From: Camelus ferus
Lineage: Eukaryota
Direction: 5' to 3'
DNA: 64,000 nucleotides
Assembly: GCF_009834535.1 (NCBI RefSeq)
Contig: NC_045697.1
Coordinates: 40,798,001-40,862,000 of the forward strand
In this document: positions 41,130-54,186 of the stretch, piece by piece
Position numbering within the stretch: the first letter of the stretch is position 1
How the letters are laid out: each line of letters starts with the position of its first letter
Notes under the pieces: generated by a model
What the model was told of the DNA's origin: nothing
The model's database searches: none
What the model saw: the letters and a program-made list of their open reading frames with translations, nothing else
Made by a program: the position numbers and the translations under genes

Positions 41130-41800
41130 GAATCTCACAGAAATAAGTACAAGAACAGGCATTCCACAGAATCAGAAATCCCAGTGGCCAAATAAATTTG
41201 TGGCAAAGTGGTTAACTTCAGTTGTCAGAGAAATGCAAATTTAGAGTATAATACTGTTTTTCACTTTGCAGCCAAAGCTGGCAAGAACTTAAGCTCATCC
41301 ACAGTTGGTATAAGAGCTTCTAAGGAGAAGTGGTTTGGTAACAACAAAATTTTTTTTAAGTTGGTTTATCTTCTGACCCAGATATCCCGCTTCCAGAAAT
41401 TTATCTTTTAGAAACACAAGAATGCATGATGATGTGTGTACCAAGATTCCTCAGTACAGCATTGTTTATAACAGCAGAATAATTGGGTGGGGTGCCAGGG
41501 GAGGCTTACGTGCATAATGGGAGAATGTTTAAATAAATGGTGATATAGCCTTACTACACAAAATGATTAACAGAAGACATATAAAGTGGAAAAAAAATAC
41601 AGTATATCCAATTTTATGTATAAAAACAATGTGTAAGTGCACAAAAAAGTTCTGTGCACACAAAGTGCGCCAAACTTACTGGTTGTTTACTTTAGGGAGG
41701 AAGGGATGAAGTAAACTTGCTCTAAATTCTTTTTGCTCTGTATGCTCATGTGTCTTTTTTTTTTTTAAGTCTATTTGTAAATCAGTTTGAAAACAATTTT
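41130..41800 (+). mobile_element. Ancient L1 3' fragment
   Basis: cagagaaatgcaaatt, cagcattgtttataacagca motifs. Boundaries approximate. Confidence 0.55.
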
Positions 41801-43992
41801 TACAAGATTTCAAAATGATAACTCTTGTAGTTGTAGGCTTGGGGGATCTCTGCAAAACCACTCTACCAGATCACTTACTCCCTTGAGATGCTTGTGAAGA
41901 CCTCAGGTGCAGTTGGAATCTCTTCAAAGACTACAGGACAAATATGGAAAAACAGGAAGTTAAATAGTTAAAGACATTTTTCTAAAGCCCATGCAGTTGA
42001 GTACAATTGGTTTTCCAGTAATAGTGTATATATGTGTATGTATACACGTGTGTTGCTCAGGTGATAATTTACAGGAATATTTAGCAGTGGAGAGATACAG
42101 ACCACTTAACTGTTTCTGCCTCTGACGTGTGAAATAAGGTAAACGAGATGTTAGGACTGGGCCCCAGGAATTGAGAAGGGTGATGTAAAGCACTTATCCA
42201 GAGCAGACATATGGTCTTTTAAAGTTAAAATAGAATTGTCTGTTTAGAAAGCATTCCAAGAGCCACCCTCCAGTCTGTTCTAAGGGCACAGGTCTTCATT
42301 ATCAGAGCCTCGCTGTCTCACTACAGTCTTGGCTTTCAGTTGAGTGTGGTCCGTGGGGAAACCACAAACACTGACAGAATCCTGTTCTAAGACAAAACAG
42401 TCTCGATGGTTATACTTTTCTAATCACAACCAAGTAAGAGATAAACCTCGATTATATTCTGAAGACCCACTAGGCTTCAAAGCTGTTTGGAATGGATTGA
42501 GGGGGTTCTAAACACTACCTAGATGTCTTAATTAAAAGTGGCCTGGATTGTGACAATTTATATTTGCAGCATCTCTGGCAAAAAGTGAACAAATGCTCGT
42601 TTAAATAAACTCCAAAAGTGCCTAAACACTGATTTAAAGCCTGAGAAGGATACACACAGGAGGGTTTCTATCTCACCTCAGAGTTGCCACCGGTAATCAG
42701 CAGTAGGAAATGGGCCTCGCAGTGTCCTGGGAAACAGCCCTTACATACAAAAAGCGGAAACTGCGGACATTGATAGAAGTCGGCCTACTTAAAACTAAAC
42801 AAACTTTGTTTAAAAAGTACCATAATAAAAATTGAAAGGCAAGATACTTTGGAGAAAAATATTTACAACATAAGAGGTTAATATCCTAAATATATAAATC
42901 AAGAGGAACAAAGATGAATAGCCCGGAAGGATCATCTGTTCTTTTTTACTACTCAGCATCCTCTGTTCATTAACAGAACCTTTCCTAGTTGTGAACTCAT
43001 TCCGTATGATTTAAGTGACAACTTTCCCCACATCTACCCAGTTGGGAACTCACACTGGGTCTAGGTCTAGAGTATTGGGCATGTAACCCATGTGCCACAC
43101 CCAGCACCTTCACATGTAAGGGGACAAATACTGTAAGAATGAAAACGTAAGTGAAAACATCAGAAGACACCGTTTCCCACCTATCAAATGGAGTGATTTT
43201 TTTTCGCCTTTTTGTTTTTTTCCAAACATAGTACAGTTGGTAAAGGAGTAAATGATCACTGAATGCTAAAATCAGTAAGTGAAAGATGGCTGCAACAGGG
43301 AAAGGCCCCAATTAACAGTTTTGGTGACGGTATCTTAACCAAAGACTCAAGAGTTACCATCACTAATGATTTTAGGTGCCTTCTTACGTGATGCAATACG
43401 AAATACACAGCACCACCTTTGAAAGATTCTTGCCAAATATAATCAAGCCTCTAAACCTAAGCTTACAGAGAATCTACATAGGAGATAAGGGAATGAATTA
43501 AAGGACACTGAGGGAAACACAAATCCAAGATGCAGAACATTACATTAAAGAGACATAATGACCAACTGTAATGTCTAAAACTTGACTGAGTCTTGGCTCA
43601 AAAAAATGAGCTGTAAGACCTTTGGGGCACAATTAACAGAAATTTGAATGTGAACTGAATACTAGATGTTGAGAAATTTTCTTAGCTTCTATAATGGTAT
43701 TGTGGTTATGCTGGAAAACTTCCTGAGAAATGCATGCTGAAGTTTTTAGGGGTGAAGTGTAACTCAGTGTAAATATACACATGCACACATTTTCATTAAA
43801 AAATATGAAAAATCCAATCTGTCCAACTAGTTTGCTCCAGGAATGGCTGTGGGAGCATTCTTTATGATATCCCCAAATCAGAAGTAATGTCTAACACGGG
43901 GGTTGCTTGAATAAATTGGTACAACCATACAATGGACAACTTCTACTAAAACTCTGTAATAGACAAGATGTGACATAGAAAGTTTTTGTGGA

Positions 43993-44171
43993 TTTAGAAT
44001 AGATAAACAAGATTATACTGTACAGCACAGGGTAATATACACAATATCTTGTAGCTCAGAGAAAAAATGTGAATGAATATATATATGTTCATGTATAACT
44101 GAAAAATTGTGCTGAACACTGGAATTTGACACATTGTAAAATGATGATAAATCAATAAAAAATGTTTACAA
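43993..44171 (+). mobile_element. Relatively young 5'-truncated L1 3' end
   Basis: atagataaacaagattatactgtacagcacagg...aataaaa. TSD aaagtttttgtgga (43979-43992) / aaaatttttgtgga (44172-44185). Similar to the copy at ~60380-60577. Confidence 0.75.
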
Positions 44172-44569
44172 AAAATTTTTGTGGAAAAGATGAAAGCCAT
44201 CAGAGAGGTGTAATGGCCCATTATCCTTCAAGGCCTAGTTCAAATGAGATCTTGTCCCTGGAGCTTCCCTTACTCGGGACTAACACATGCCCTTTCCCAC
44301 ACCTGCTGTTTCCCACACAGGTCTTGCTGGCTTGTCAGCTTTACTATTAGCTTGCCAAGGGTGAGTCCGTTTGTTCATAGGATCAACATAAGTAGGGGTC
44401 TACCTAGTGTAAGAACAAAAGAATCAGAGGGGAAGAGGTGGGTACTAAGGACTTTATCAGTGTCCAGTCAGACTGGAGCATCAACTGTTGTGATACTGCA
44501 GTGAGGGGAGGGAATAAGTTAAAAAAAAAAAAGCCACAAAGCCCGAGTGTTCATGCCAGAGACACTATG

Positions 44570-44740
44570 CTATAATAAGCACACCATCTAATGTGATCCT
44601 CACCATCTCATTAGGCAGACACCAAAGCAACAAAGTATAAATGAGAAAAGAAACTTAGGTTAAGTAACTTACCCATGGTCACACAGCAGACTGGAGAGCC
44701 AGGATTCGAATTTAAGAAGTCAGATTTCAGCACCTAGAGT
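44570..44740. mobile_element. MIR SINE
   Basis: aggttaagtaactt.cccatggtcacacagc..gagccaggattcgaa MIR core. Confidence 0.7.
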
Positions 44741-45129
44741 ATTTCTTTCGGAGGGGCAAAGGGAGGAGAGACCAGATGGCCTTTAGATTCCTTCCAATAT
44801 TAACATTCTATAAACAATCTGTCTACCCAGCAAACTGAAAATCGGCGAATTTGGTCACTGGCAGCTGATGTTAGGATAAGCCATGCAGGTGATACTAAGC
44901 TAATTTTTGTTGATTGAGCTCTTGAAAAATAAACTGAACAGAAGGATGTGCTGTCCTCTGCCCACACTTTTCCCATTGCAAGAGTAAACACATATTGTGA
45001 ATAAGGGCACATGATTCCACGTGAGACTCCTTTGGCTATAAGTGGTAATTACGTATAGCGATTTTAGGAATTACTTTATATTCAGGCAAAGTAAAAGCAT
45101 GGATTCCACCCAAATGATTTCTCTAAATT

Positions 45130-45139
45130 TTTATTTATT
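45130..45139 (-). terminator. AFF1: AFF1 distal polyadenylation signal (overlapping AATAAATAAA)
   Basis: Plus-strand tttatttatt at the boundary between repeat-free UTR-like sequence and repeat-rich intergenic DNA. Confidence 0.7.
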
Positions 45140-46905
45140 TTTTTTTACAGCTCTATCCTCTTGTCAAAAGTAAAGAATTTGAAGACGAACAAGTCAATTA
45201 CATGTTTTTTTAAACAGTAATTAATCCTCATTACAGAGAACAACAAACAAAAGATCTGTGGCACATTATCTTTGGAAAGATCTTTTGCAAATTTTTCTTC
45301 TAAAAAAAAGAAAACCTGTAATTCTCACAGATCACATATGTCTTTCAAAGGACTACACAAGGCAGCTAGATTTTATTCACAGAAGCCCCAAGTTGCAGTT
45401 CCAGCTGAAGTAGGTAACACACATGGAGTCCCCTCACCTGTGCTGCACATCTTCCCACTGAGAGCATCGCTGCTTTCCTATCCTACATACAAAATCACGG
45501 TGTGGACTAGACAGCGGGCACGTTATTTCACAATAATTAAAGAAAAATTCATATTATTTTAGACATAGACCAGTGATCTTCATTTATCAACTGGACAATT
45601 TATTTTTTAAACAATTTCAATAATACCAAGATTTGACTTTCCTCTAAAGTTATAAGAAAGCAAAAAAAATATATAATATAATATATAATGGTAATAAATA
45701 AAAAAGGTAACCCTGCTCAGGTATCATCCAAAACATGATCACATTCAGAAAAAAAATCAAAACAAGATTTGGGACTATCGTGTATAAACACACACACACC
45801 AACATGAACAGTGTATACTTGCTATCTGAGGGGGGTGTGCAGTAATTTTAACAATACATGTTGATGGCCTGAAAATTAACAGAAGTTAATTAACAAAAGT
45901 TAATACTGCCTGTTTTAAGCATCGCTTAAACATCTACTTTTAAGCAAAGCAAGTTACCTTCCTTAGGTCAGCCACTGCCCGGTCTGACCAGTGCAGCCTG
46001 GTCAGCCTCGCTGTCAGTGGTCTTATTCCCTTGTCCTTCAGGCCGGTGTAGTACTATCCGGGCTCACAGGGAGCTGTAAGTCTCCCTCACGTCCTCTTGG
46101 GGAGAGAAATACATATAGGCACTTCTCTACCCATCACAGTACCTGTCAACATCCGACACATCGTGGAGCACAATACAGTGTGACTTTCCCCAGGACAACA
46201 GGAAATTTACAGCCACCTTAAGAAAGGTGGTAGATGGTGCTTGTCAACTCCTCATAAATAAGAACTAAAGAACATGGCCAGTGGTCACAATTCATTCTCA
46301 GATTCTTGGTGATTAGCACAACTGGACTGGATGTTTGAGGTTTATTTGGTAGAAATAACCACTTGCAATGTTTGAAGGAAAATCCCCCAACACCATGTTA
46401 CTCTGCTGCCACTCCACCTCCCACAAACAAAATGACAAAAGATAAAGCACAGGGGAAAAACTCACATCCATAAATTCTAAATAGGATAAAAAAACAAAAG
46501 AGGCAACCCGCTAGAGAAAGAGAAGGGAGCAAGTACCGCTATAACCCTGACCACGATGAGCAAATCTCTACACCTGTGTTTCTAAAAGGTCAAATATTCT
46601 TGCAAGATTGAAATACTGCTAATCAGTATTTAATACATGAAGTGGTTCAGTTTTTCACAGATTTTGTGTAGTGTCTGGGAATATAAATCCTTAAGAAAAA
46701 AGGAGAACTTGTGGTGGGAGGTGTAGGAAAACAAGGCTTATTTGATTCACTTACCTTAAGATGCACAAATACACCTCAAACTTCATGAAGCAGAAGAGAA
46801 AAAGGTGCAAGATCCACCTCACCATGGCAAAATAAATACGGCATTATTCCAAAATTAGGTTTGGTCAACAAAGGCACAATAAATATATCCAATTCAGCTA
46901 GCCTC

Positions 46906-46907
<2 letters not shown>

Positions 46908-46942
<35 letters not shown>
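46908..46942. repeat. (TG)n microsatellite, about 17 units, in the AFF1 3' UTR
   Basis: Directly visible. Confidence 0.95.
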
Positions 46943-46947
<5 letters not shown>

Positions 46948-49900
46948 AACACACATACTTCCTTTTATATAGAGATAAAAGTTTTGTCCATTTGGGAGGG
47001 CACAATGGTTCTTTTTGTTTCTAAAAATTATTGAAGAATCATTAAAAAAAATAGTAAGATCCTGATCCTACTAACATTAATATTTAAGGTACCAATTAAG
47101 GAAAGTTTTCAGCCAGAAAAGGGTAGTTTGTCAGCTTCTAAACATCCTGAGAATGGGCATTTAAGGATATAAAACAAGGGAGAAAAGTGTGGTCCAATCT
47201 GTCTAGGGGAAATAGCTAAACATTTTTGTCAAAACAGATTATAAAATAAAGGTCCTTTTGTTCCAAAAAAAAAAAAAAAAAAAAAAAATCAGGCACTTTC
47301 CCCACTCAGTCTGGTAGTTAAATCACAACATCAGGTAAGTCCCGTTCCAGCCCTGGTAATACGCTGGCTGGACTCTGCCACTCCTCACCACACCTAGCAC
47401 CTGGCTGATGTTTTCACATTCGTAACCCAGTGTCATCTGGTAAATTGCAGTAAAGTATTTTTCACTGTTTAGCAGGGCCCTTAGTCTGGCTAAAATCTTA
47501 TGTTCAGTGATTCACATTTTAATTATCTTCAAGGACAGAAACATTCAACATTTTAAAAAGTAAAACAGTATTTATCCATTCCTTAATAAAGACAGACACA
47601 CACACACTAGAAACTGTAGTGCCAAAGGCAAGACTTTTACACTCAATTTTCACTCAAGATGTTTTTTGTATGTGTCTCACTGTGAAGTGTGTACTACTAT
47701 GGTTGTTTTAAGAACTTCACACATTGAAAAGCTTAATTTTATAATCTAATCCTTTCAATTATCTACCTCAGTACAAAATTTGCCTTTGGGGATTTAAGCA
47801 TGCAGTGGAAAAGTGCAAATGACTTAAAAACCCTTTAGATTTCTATATAAACTGTAACAGCAAAAAGACCTTAGGGACATTAAGGATTCATCAGCCACTA
47901 CCTCTTACATACTCTATTTAAAAAGTAGCCATTAAGATTTCTTTTAGGTACGATGCATGTTGCAGTTAAGGATCAGAAATATTCCATGATCAAAATAGTA
48001 CAAACTGATCTCTGCAAATTCATTAGTTTTTCAAGGGACAAATAAAATTTCAATATAAATATCAGGGGGAGGAAAACGCACAAAGAATAAGGCCACTGAA
48101 AAAGGAACCACTTCTTTTAGACACGGCTGAGAAATTGACTTGGAAATGTCTTCAGTCAAAGGGGGCTCTGTGGCTCCCGACAGGACACACACACTCGGCA
48201 CGGTCTGCACAGACCAGAACCTGTGCTCAAGAACGCACCCTTCCAGACTGACTGGTGGCTTGTACTGGGGACTGATGGGGTGGAGGGGGACGGAAGGGCC
48301 AAGGGATTAGGAGGAAAAAAGATGTTAAGTAACCACATAAGCCTGATCCTGGTGTCTTGTCTCCAGGTAAGAGACGGACACACAATGCCATAACCATACA
48401 ACCTACCAAGCAATTACTGTTAACAACAGGTTCCTTTTTAGACGAGTCAGTTTAAAAAGGACCATGGTTTTGCTTTAGAACATCCATCAAAGAAATCAGC
48501 CCATCAAGATCACACATCAAGTTCTTATGTTCCGATACTTGCAATTGCTGTAACTCTCCGGCTTTAACCTAAATATGAGGCTAACAGACCTCTGTCCTAG
48601 CTAGTGAGAACCAGAGAACAGGCTGGATAATGTAAGACACTGAGGGAACAGCTTCACACAAACAATTCATATTGTGAAAAATAAGCATCACTCCCATCCT
48701 CTACACATCCCTTTTATATAGTTACCAAGTTATCAAGACAGTTCTTACATTCATCGTATGGACCTTAGACCTCTTCACTATAAATAAAGATGGTGCTCCC
48801 TTCTTCACTAATAAATAAATATGACAGTGTCAAGCATGCTTGGTGCGAAACAACGTGCAGAGGAGCAGGACGGGATGAAGGGAGAAAAGTAAACGAGCTG
48901 TAGCAATAACACTCACTCCTCAATTGTTAATACATGTGCAAATTCTACTTCTAACAGGGATAAAAAGAACTGGCTTCTAAAAACACTGCACTCAAAATAA
49001 TGCTTCCAATAATAACCCTCCAAGTTTCAATGAAAAAAATCTGTGCTTATGAATATGTGGGAATTTTTTTTTTCCATTTTAGGTCATTCAGAATAAACTT
49101 GGGTTAATGTACAGAACCTGGCAATAGCAACTTACGGGAAGGCCACAGTTTCTCTTCAATCTAATCAAACCTAGTTGACTGAGAACACTCTGGAGTGAAG
49201 GCATGCGGTGACAATTTTTTTTTAAAGTCTAATTAACCACCCCAAATTGCCACAGCCTAGCAGGGAGTTAAGTTTCTCCTAGACAATCAAGGGCTCTCAA
49301 AGTCTAGTTTTGCTATAAATATAAAATAATTCGTAGCAGAAAAATATAGCCTCTCTAAGAAGATTTCATTTTTCTTTGTTCGCTGACAAAACTCTGAGTT
49401 GGTTAGACAACACGAGTTACCACATAACTGCAGCCCACAGATCAGCACCTCAAATTCCAGAGCCACTTACACAAAAATCAAAAAGCACTTCAGCCATCTT
49501 GTCATGGACAAATGTTGGTTCCCTTCTTCCCCAACGTAGAAAATTCAGAATATAGTCAATGTGATGGACTGCCCTTCGCTGAAGCAGGGGGTGGGAATGG
49601 CGGCACCACGTCCTCCGTCTTACATGGGGACCTCGAGATGGCTCCCCGGGGTGCTGGAGCTTCTCTCTCTGCCACTCCGATGTGGGCTGGCTTCTGACCC
49701 AGTAATGGGAGAAACCAGAGCTGGGGTGAATGTGCAGTACTCCAGGCCATGGGGCGGATGCCTTCAATTGTATAAACTATGACAATACTTGGTATTATCA
49801 AGGCCACTGTTCACTGGTGGAAAGTGGGGTACAGTGGAGTCCTTCACAACTCACGTTTCATAGATGACCCCTAGAATTTATTAAACAAATATTTCCCCTA

Positions 49901-50365
49901 TAATTTAAAAGCAAAAAGAAAACATCCACAAAACCCTACACCAAAATTCACTGTTAAAGAAACTTCCTTCTGGGAACGAACTAATGTGGCTACTGAGATG
50001 ATGTGAATTTGCTTTCAGAGTTGAAATTGCTTCTCCTCATTCCATTTGCATCCTGCTGGTTAAAAAAGTAAGGAAATGTTTCTAGACCACTCATACACCC
50101 ACAAAGGCAACATTGCACTTCTGTCCTTTAGTTAGGAAAGGCAAGATCATCTCTGGGGCCAGCTTCCTCTTCTCTGCTTCTGCATAACCATCGTGTCCAA
50201 CCAATGATTCCACAGTTCTTGAGAGTTTCAGTGAACAAATGTCCTGGCCAACTCATGGTGCTTCTCTTCTTGAGTCTGGTGTCCTGCTGAGACAGATGTC
50301 TGGATGTCTTGAGGCTTCCAATGTGCAAAAAAGTTCCCAAGACATCAGATCAACCTGGGCCTCCA

Positions 50366-50488
50366 TTAAGGTGTTTTGGTTACTTGTTTTAGCCGCTGAA
50401 AACCCTGTCTTGTGTAGTGCACCAGATCCATCAAACTGCTAGTTAAGGGCCAGGGTGCACACACTTGTGCTGAGCTGAGCAAAGAATT
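50366..50488 (-). CDS. AFF1: AFF1 last coding exon (EFFAQLSTSVCTLALN / SSLMDLVHYTRQGFQRLKQVTKTP*), carrying a 1-nt insertion with premature TAG at 50439-50441
   Basis: ttgcag| acceptor. The frame reads to LALN then TAG; the +1 frame continues the conserved AFF C-terminus to TAA at 50366-50368. Confidence 0.9.
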   Translation of the reverse strand, partial: NSLLSSAQVCAPWPLTSSLMDLVHYTRQGFQRLKQVTKTP

Positions 50489-51528
50489 CTGCAAAGCAAA
50501 ACCAAAACCACATAAACACACTTGCACACACAAAAATAAAAATGAAAATGTGAAAAGTCAAGGTTCCAGAAACTATATCCCCCACATTATTCTGTACTTC
50601 ATCTACCACAGTAAAAAAAAAAAAAAAAAAGAAAAGGAAAGAAAAGGAAAGAAAAGAAAAGAAAAGAAAAATCACCATCTACTGCAAAAGCCTGCTAGCT
50701 CTCCACGTCCCTCCACTAGTCTAGAAGGGTAGGAACTAGGTTTGTTTCAGAGCTGAGTCCACAATGCCCAGCACAGTGGCCGACCCTGGAAAAGACCCAA
50801 TTTATACCTCTGGATCAGTGGATGCATGAATGAAAAATAAAACAGCACAAAACAAAACATCCAACACATTAAAAAAAAAAAAGCATCACCAGTTTGCTTA
50901 AAAAGAAAACAAAGTTTCAAGAGGCTGTGGGGAAAGTAAGCAGCTGGCCGAGTTCTTCCCCACCACCAGGAAAGACGGCACCGTGGCATTCCACGCCGAG
51001 CAGTGCCTCGGGCAGCACGCCCTGCCATCTCCCAACCTTGGATTTCTCCAAGGGCCTTCCTCCCAAACAAATCTCTACAATGTTACTAAGCCGTATTTCT
51101 TGTACTGGAGCTAATCCTCTTCTTAACATGTGCTGAACAAACAATCAGCTCGGTGCTTAGGTTACCCAACACCCCATCCCCAAGGTGCCGTGCCTGGCGT
51201 CAGCCGACCTTCCCTTCCCAGTCTGCTCTGTCCTTTTGCAAGCACCCCCGTTCAGGCTGAAACAGTGACACCGGAACTTCTGAAGGGGCAAGGTGCCGAA
51301 GCCACTTCTAATCTCATTTTGCTAAGATCTAGCCACAGAAACCCACCCCCACGCCACAGGACTCAAGAAAGGACTGCGACTAGGTTATCAGATGGAATGG
51401 AGAAAGCGTCAGAAGGGGAACAGGTACGCAGTTCTTTTCTTTGAAAAACTGAACATAAAATACGTACAGTGTTATTATGCCCCTCCCAATCCCCACGCCC
51501 CAGTAATAACCACCACAGAACCCTCTAC

Positions 51529-51752
51529 CTTTATTCTTCTGCGTGAGGACCTCAGCCTGTTCCCAAAGGTCAAAGGCAGTAAGGACGTGGGAAGTGATGG
51601 TGACGTAGGAGGAGGTCATGTTCTGGATGGAGACGGGGGTACTGATGGCGGGAGGCAGCCCACTGCTCCCCGCGCTGCCAGCGCTGGGCTGGGAGCCTCC
51701 GCAGCCAGCTGGAGAAGGCATTGGAGAGAGGGGGGATGGCGTGCCTGTGCTT
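51529..51752 (-). CDS. AFF1: AFF1 penultimate exon (STGTPSPLSPMPSP...EVLTQKNK)
   Basis: tccag| acceptor (NAGNAG), AAG|gtagag donor, 224 nt. Confidence 0.96.
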
Positions 51753-53599
51753 CTGGAAGCAGAAGAAAAGAACCAGTTCATCACCTAAACTCCCACATTA
51801 CAGAATTCCTGTCTCTGGGACCCGCGCGGCTCAAGTCACAAAGTTTTAGTGTGTTCTTGCCAAAATGACAATCACTTCTAAAACCACTTCTACAAGGACA
51901 AAGAGGCACACTTCCCCTTCAGTATTCTGGAAATTTACTTCATAAAACACAGTGGGACGGGGTCCTCTGAACGGAAAAAGTAACTGGGTAGAGGTGAGGC
52001 GTCCTTCACCGGGTGTAGAATCAGGTGGACAAGTCTGTATTCCAAGTGTATTTCCCACGCCCTTTACATATGCTTTCCATCGGCCTAGAATCCCTCTCTC
52101 TTCATCCCCGATCCAAATTCTCCTAGTAAGACAATACTTCCCGGGAAGATGGTCCTAGTCTCCTATGTATTCATTCTTTCATCCGCTCAGTACACGTTAC
52201 TGAGTGCCTCCTCTGCACCCGACACTCTTCCACACACTGGGGCTACATCCTAGCTTCCTTTCTGCCACCACCTGAACCTATCTCTCTGCATTTATCACAG
52301 CCCGTGATGCTTTTCTGTCTATTCCTTTTCCTGCCTCACAAGCACCTGGAAGGCAGGGATCATTCCTTATTAATCTCTGCATTTCCAGCACTTAGCACAG
52401 CAGGTGCTAACAGGGGGCTCCTGATAAACACTGGGCAAGCCCGCCCTCCGCATCAGTGGCTCAGTATGTCCTCTGCTCTCCTCCTGACTGTACAAGTGAA
52501 CAAGTGCCTTGATGCAGATCAAACAAGAACGCAGGCAAAGTCACTCCGACATCTCAGAGCTGACAGAGAATGGGAAGGTGGGTGTGCAGCAGTGGCCCAC
52601 GAGGTAGTTACATCTGCCCTGGGCTGCACGGGTCCTAAGTGTCCCCAGCAGGACGTACATGTTCAAAGACTAGAAGCAGAAGCTCCCCAAAGGCGCTGTT
52701 TACTGCTGCGCCTCTGCACCGAAAACAAGGAAGGTGCTCAGTACACACAGGCTGGACGACTGGTGAAGGAGTTACCAAAAACCACGTGACTGACAACCTA
52801 TTAACGCAGAACAGCATCTCAGAGGTGGGAGTCATGAAAATTCTCAGAGGTAAAGAAGCTACCTCTCAATCAGGACTTTCTGTTTTTAAGAGAGGTCATA
52901 TGGGAATCTCTTCTTTGTAATGTGCTGGAAATGGGGTCATTCTTTAGGTGATAGTCTTAAAATAGCAAAACCTATCAGAACCAGGAGCTTTTTAAGGAGC
53001 ACGACCAAATTAAAAGAACGTGTACACACACACACACACACAATTAGGCAAGTACTAAAAAGAAAATTCTATCTTCATCTTAAAAACACCCACAGAAGGA
53101 CTCTGGTTTTTCAATATCTTATGGAATATGTGAGCAATTTCAGTTCACAAAGTGGGGGAAAGAACTGAGCCAGACCTAACTGTTCTCATTCTAACGTCGC
53201 TGCTACAGACCCTGGAGAAGGTGGAAGGCATGTGGTTCGGGACAGTGCTTGTTTACTGAAATACCCAGACAATCTGTTGTGGAGAAGAAGGACTGTGGCT
53301 CTGGTCCTGCTGGCTCTGTCTGTTCTGTGCTGTTAGGCACTTCCACATATCCTCCCCCTCAGAGCTCTAAAGTTTGAACTCTGTGTTCTTTGCAAGTACC
53401 ATTTTATGTTGCCCAACCAGCAAACACCTTGATTTACAACTATTCCTCAAAAAGGCAGAAATATGCCAGTGATTTAAGCTGAAGGAGCAAATCAGCACAT
53501 AGATATATATATATAATTTTTTGAAAAGTTTAAGTCACAGCAAAAGGTAAAAAAGAAAGACATCATTTCGGAAGTTATTTAAATCAGACTGACAATTAC

Positions 53600-53740
53600 C
53601 TTGCAACACATGGCGAAGGTGCCTGAGTGACTTTGGAGGAAGTCTTGACGAAGTGTTCGTTGAGAGTGCGGGAATACTTTATTGCTGTATCTTTTTTACA
53701 ACGGAACATGGCCATGTTCAAAATGGACTGGCAACGCATG
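53600..53740 (-). CDS. AFF1: AFF1 exon (MRCQSILNMAMFRCKKD...PSPCVAR), C-terminal homology domain
   Basis: catag| acceptor, AAG|gtaatt donor, 141 nt. Confidence 0.95.
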
Positions 53741-54186
53741 CTATGAACATAAAACAGGGTGAAGTAAAGTATGACCTCGCAGACACGAGCATCTGTACTA
53801 CAGAAAGGCAGGCTTGACTCCTTCCACCCCAGCGAGCACACTGGGCTTTTCAACATCAACACGAGCAAGAGAATCTCAAGACTCTCACTGCACCGTTCAC
53901 ATTATCATCAGAGTAAATATTGGTGAAAAAACACAAATATATACAAATATAATTGAAGTCACAAGCCTAAAGGTCCTGAGTCATCAGTTACATGGCAGTA
54001 GACGCCGTTTCACAATAATTATCAGTGAGATTAACCCCTTGACCATACATCCTGCCACTTTCTGGTACTGATCTGCCTTTCATGATAATTTTCACTTTAA
54101 GAAAACAGATACCAGAATCTCTTTGTAATATCGAAAGATGCAAAAGCAACTGTAGTACTATTCAGATAAAGGGGGAAAGTACACAC

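Larger units (their letters stand above)
45110..50365 (-). other. AFF1: AFF1 3' UTR (~5.2 kb)
   Basis: Follows the ancestral TAA (50366-50368), lacks obvious interspersed repeats, ends at the poly(A) signal. Confidence 0.75.

Noticed and set aside
46652..46665. UCUGUGA Roquin-CDE-like core on the AFF1 mRNA strand (also near 45323-45329)
   Set aside because: The flanking bases do not extend the stem.
51392..51868. 158-aa plus-strand ORF, and similar ORFs at 58816-59163 and 54924-55166
   Set aside because: These are antisense shadows of GC-rich AFF1 coding exons with no independent protein features.
52304..52789. 161-aa plus-strand ORF in an AFF1 intron
   Set aside because: It starts in L2-like repeat sequence with a non-ATG first codon and has no recognisable domain.
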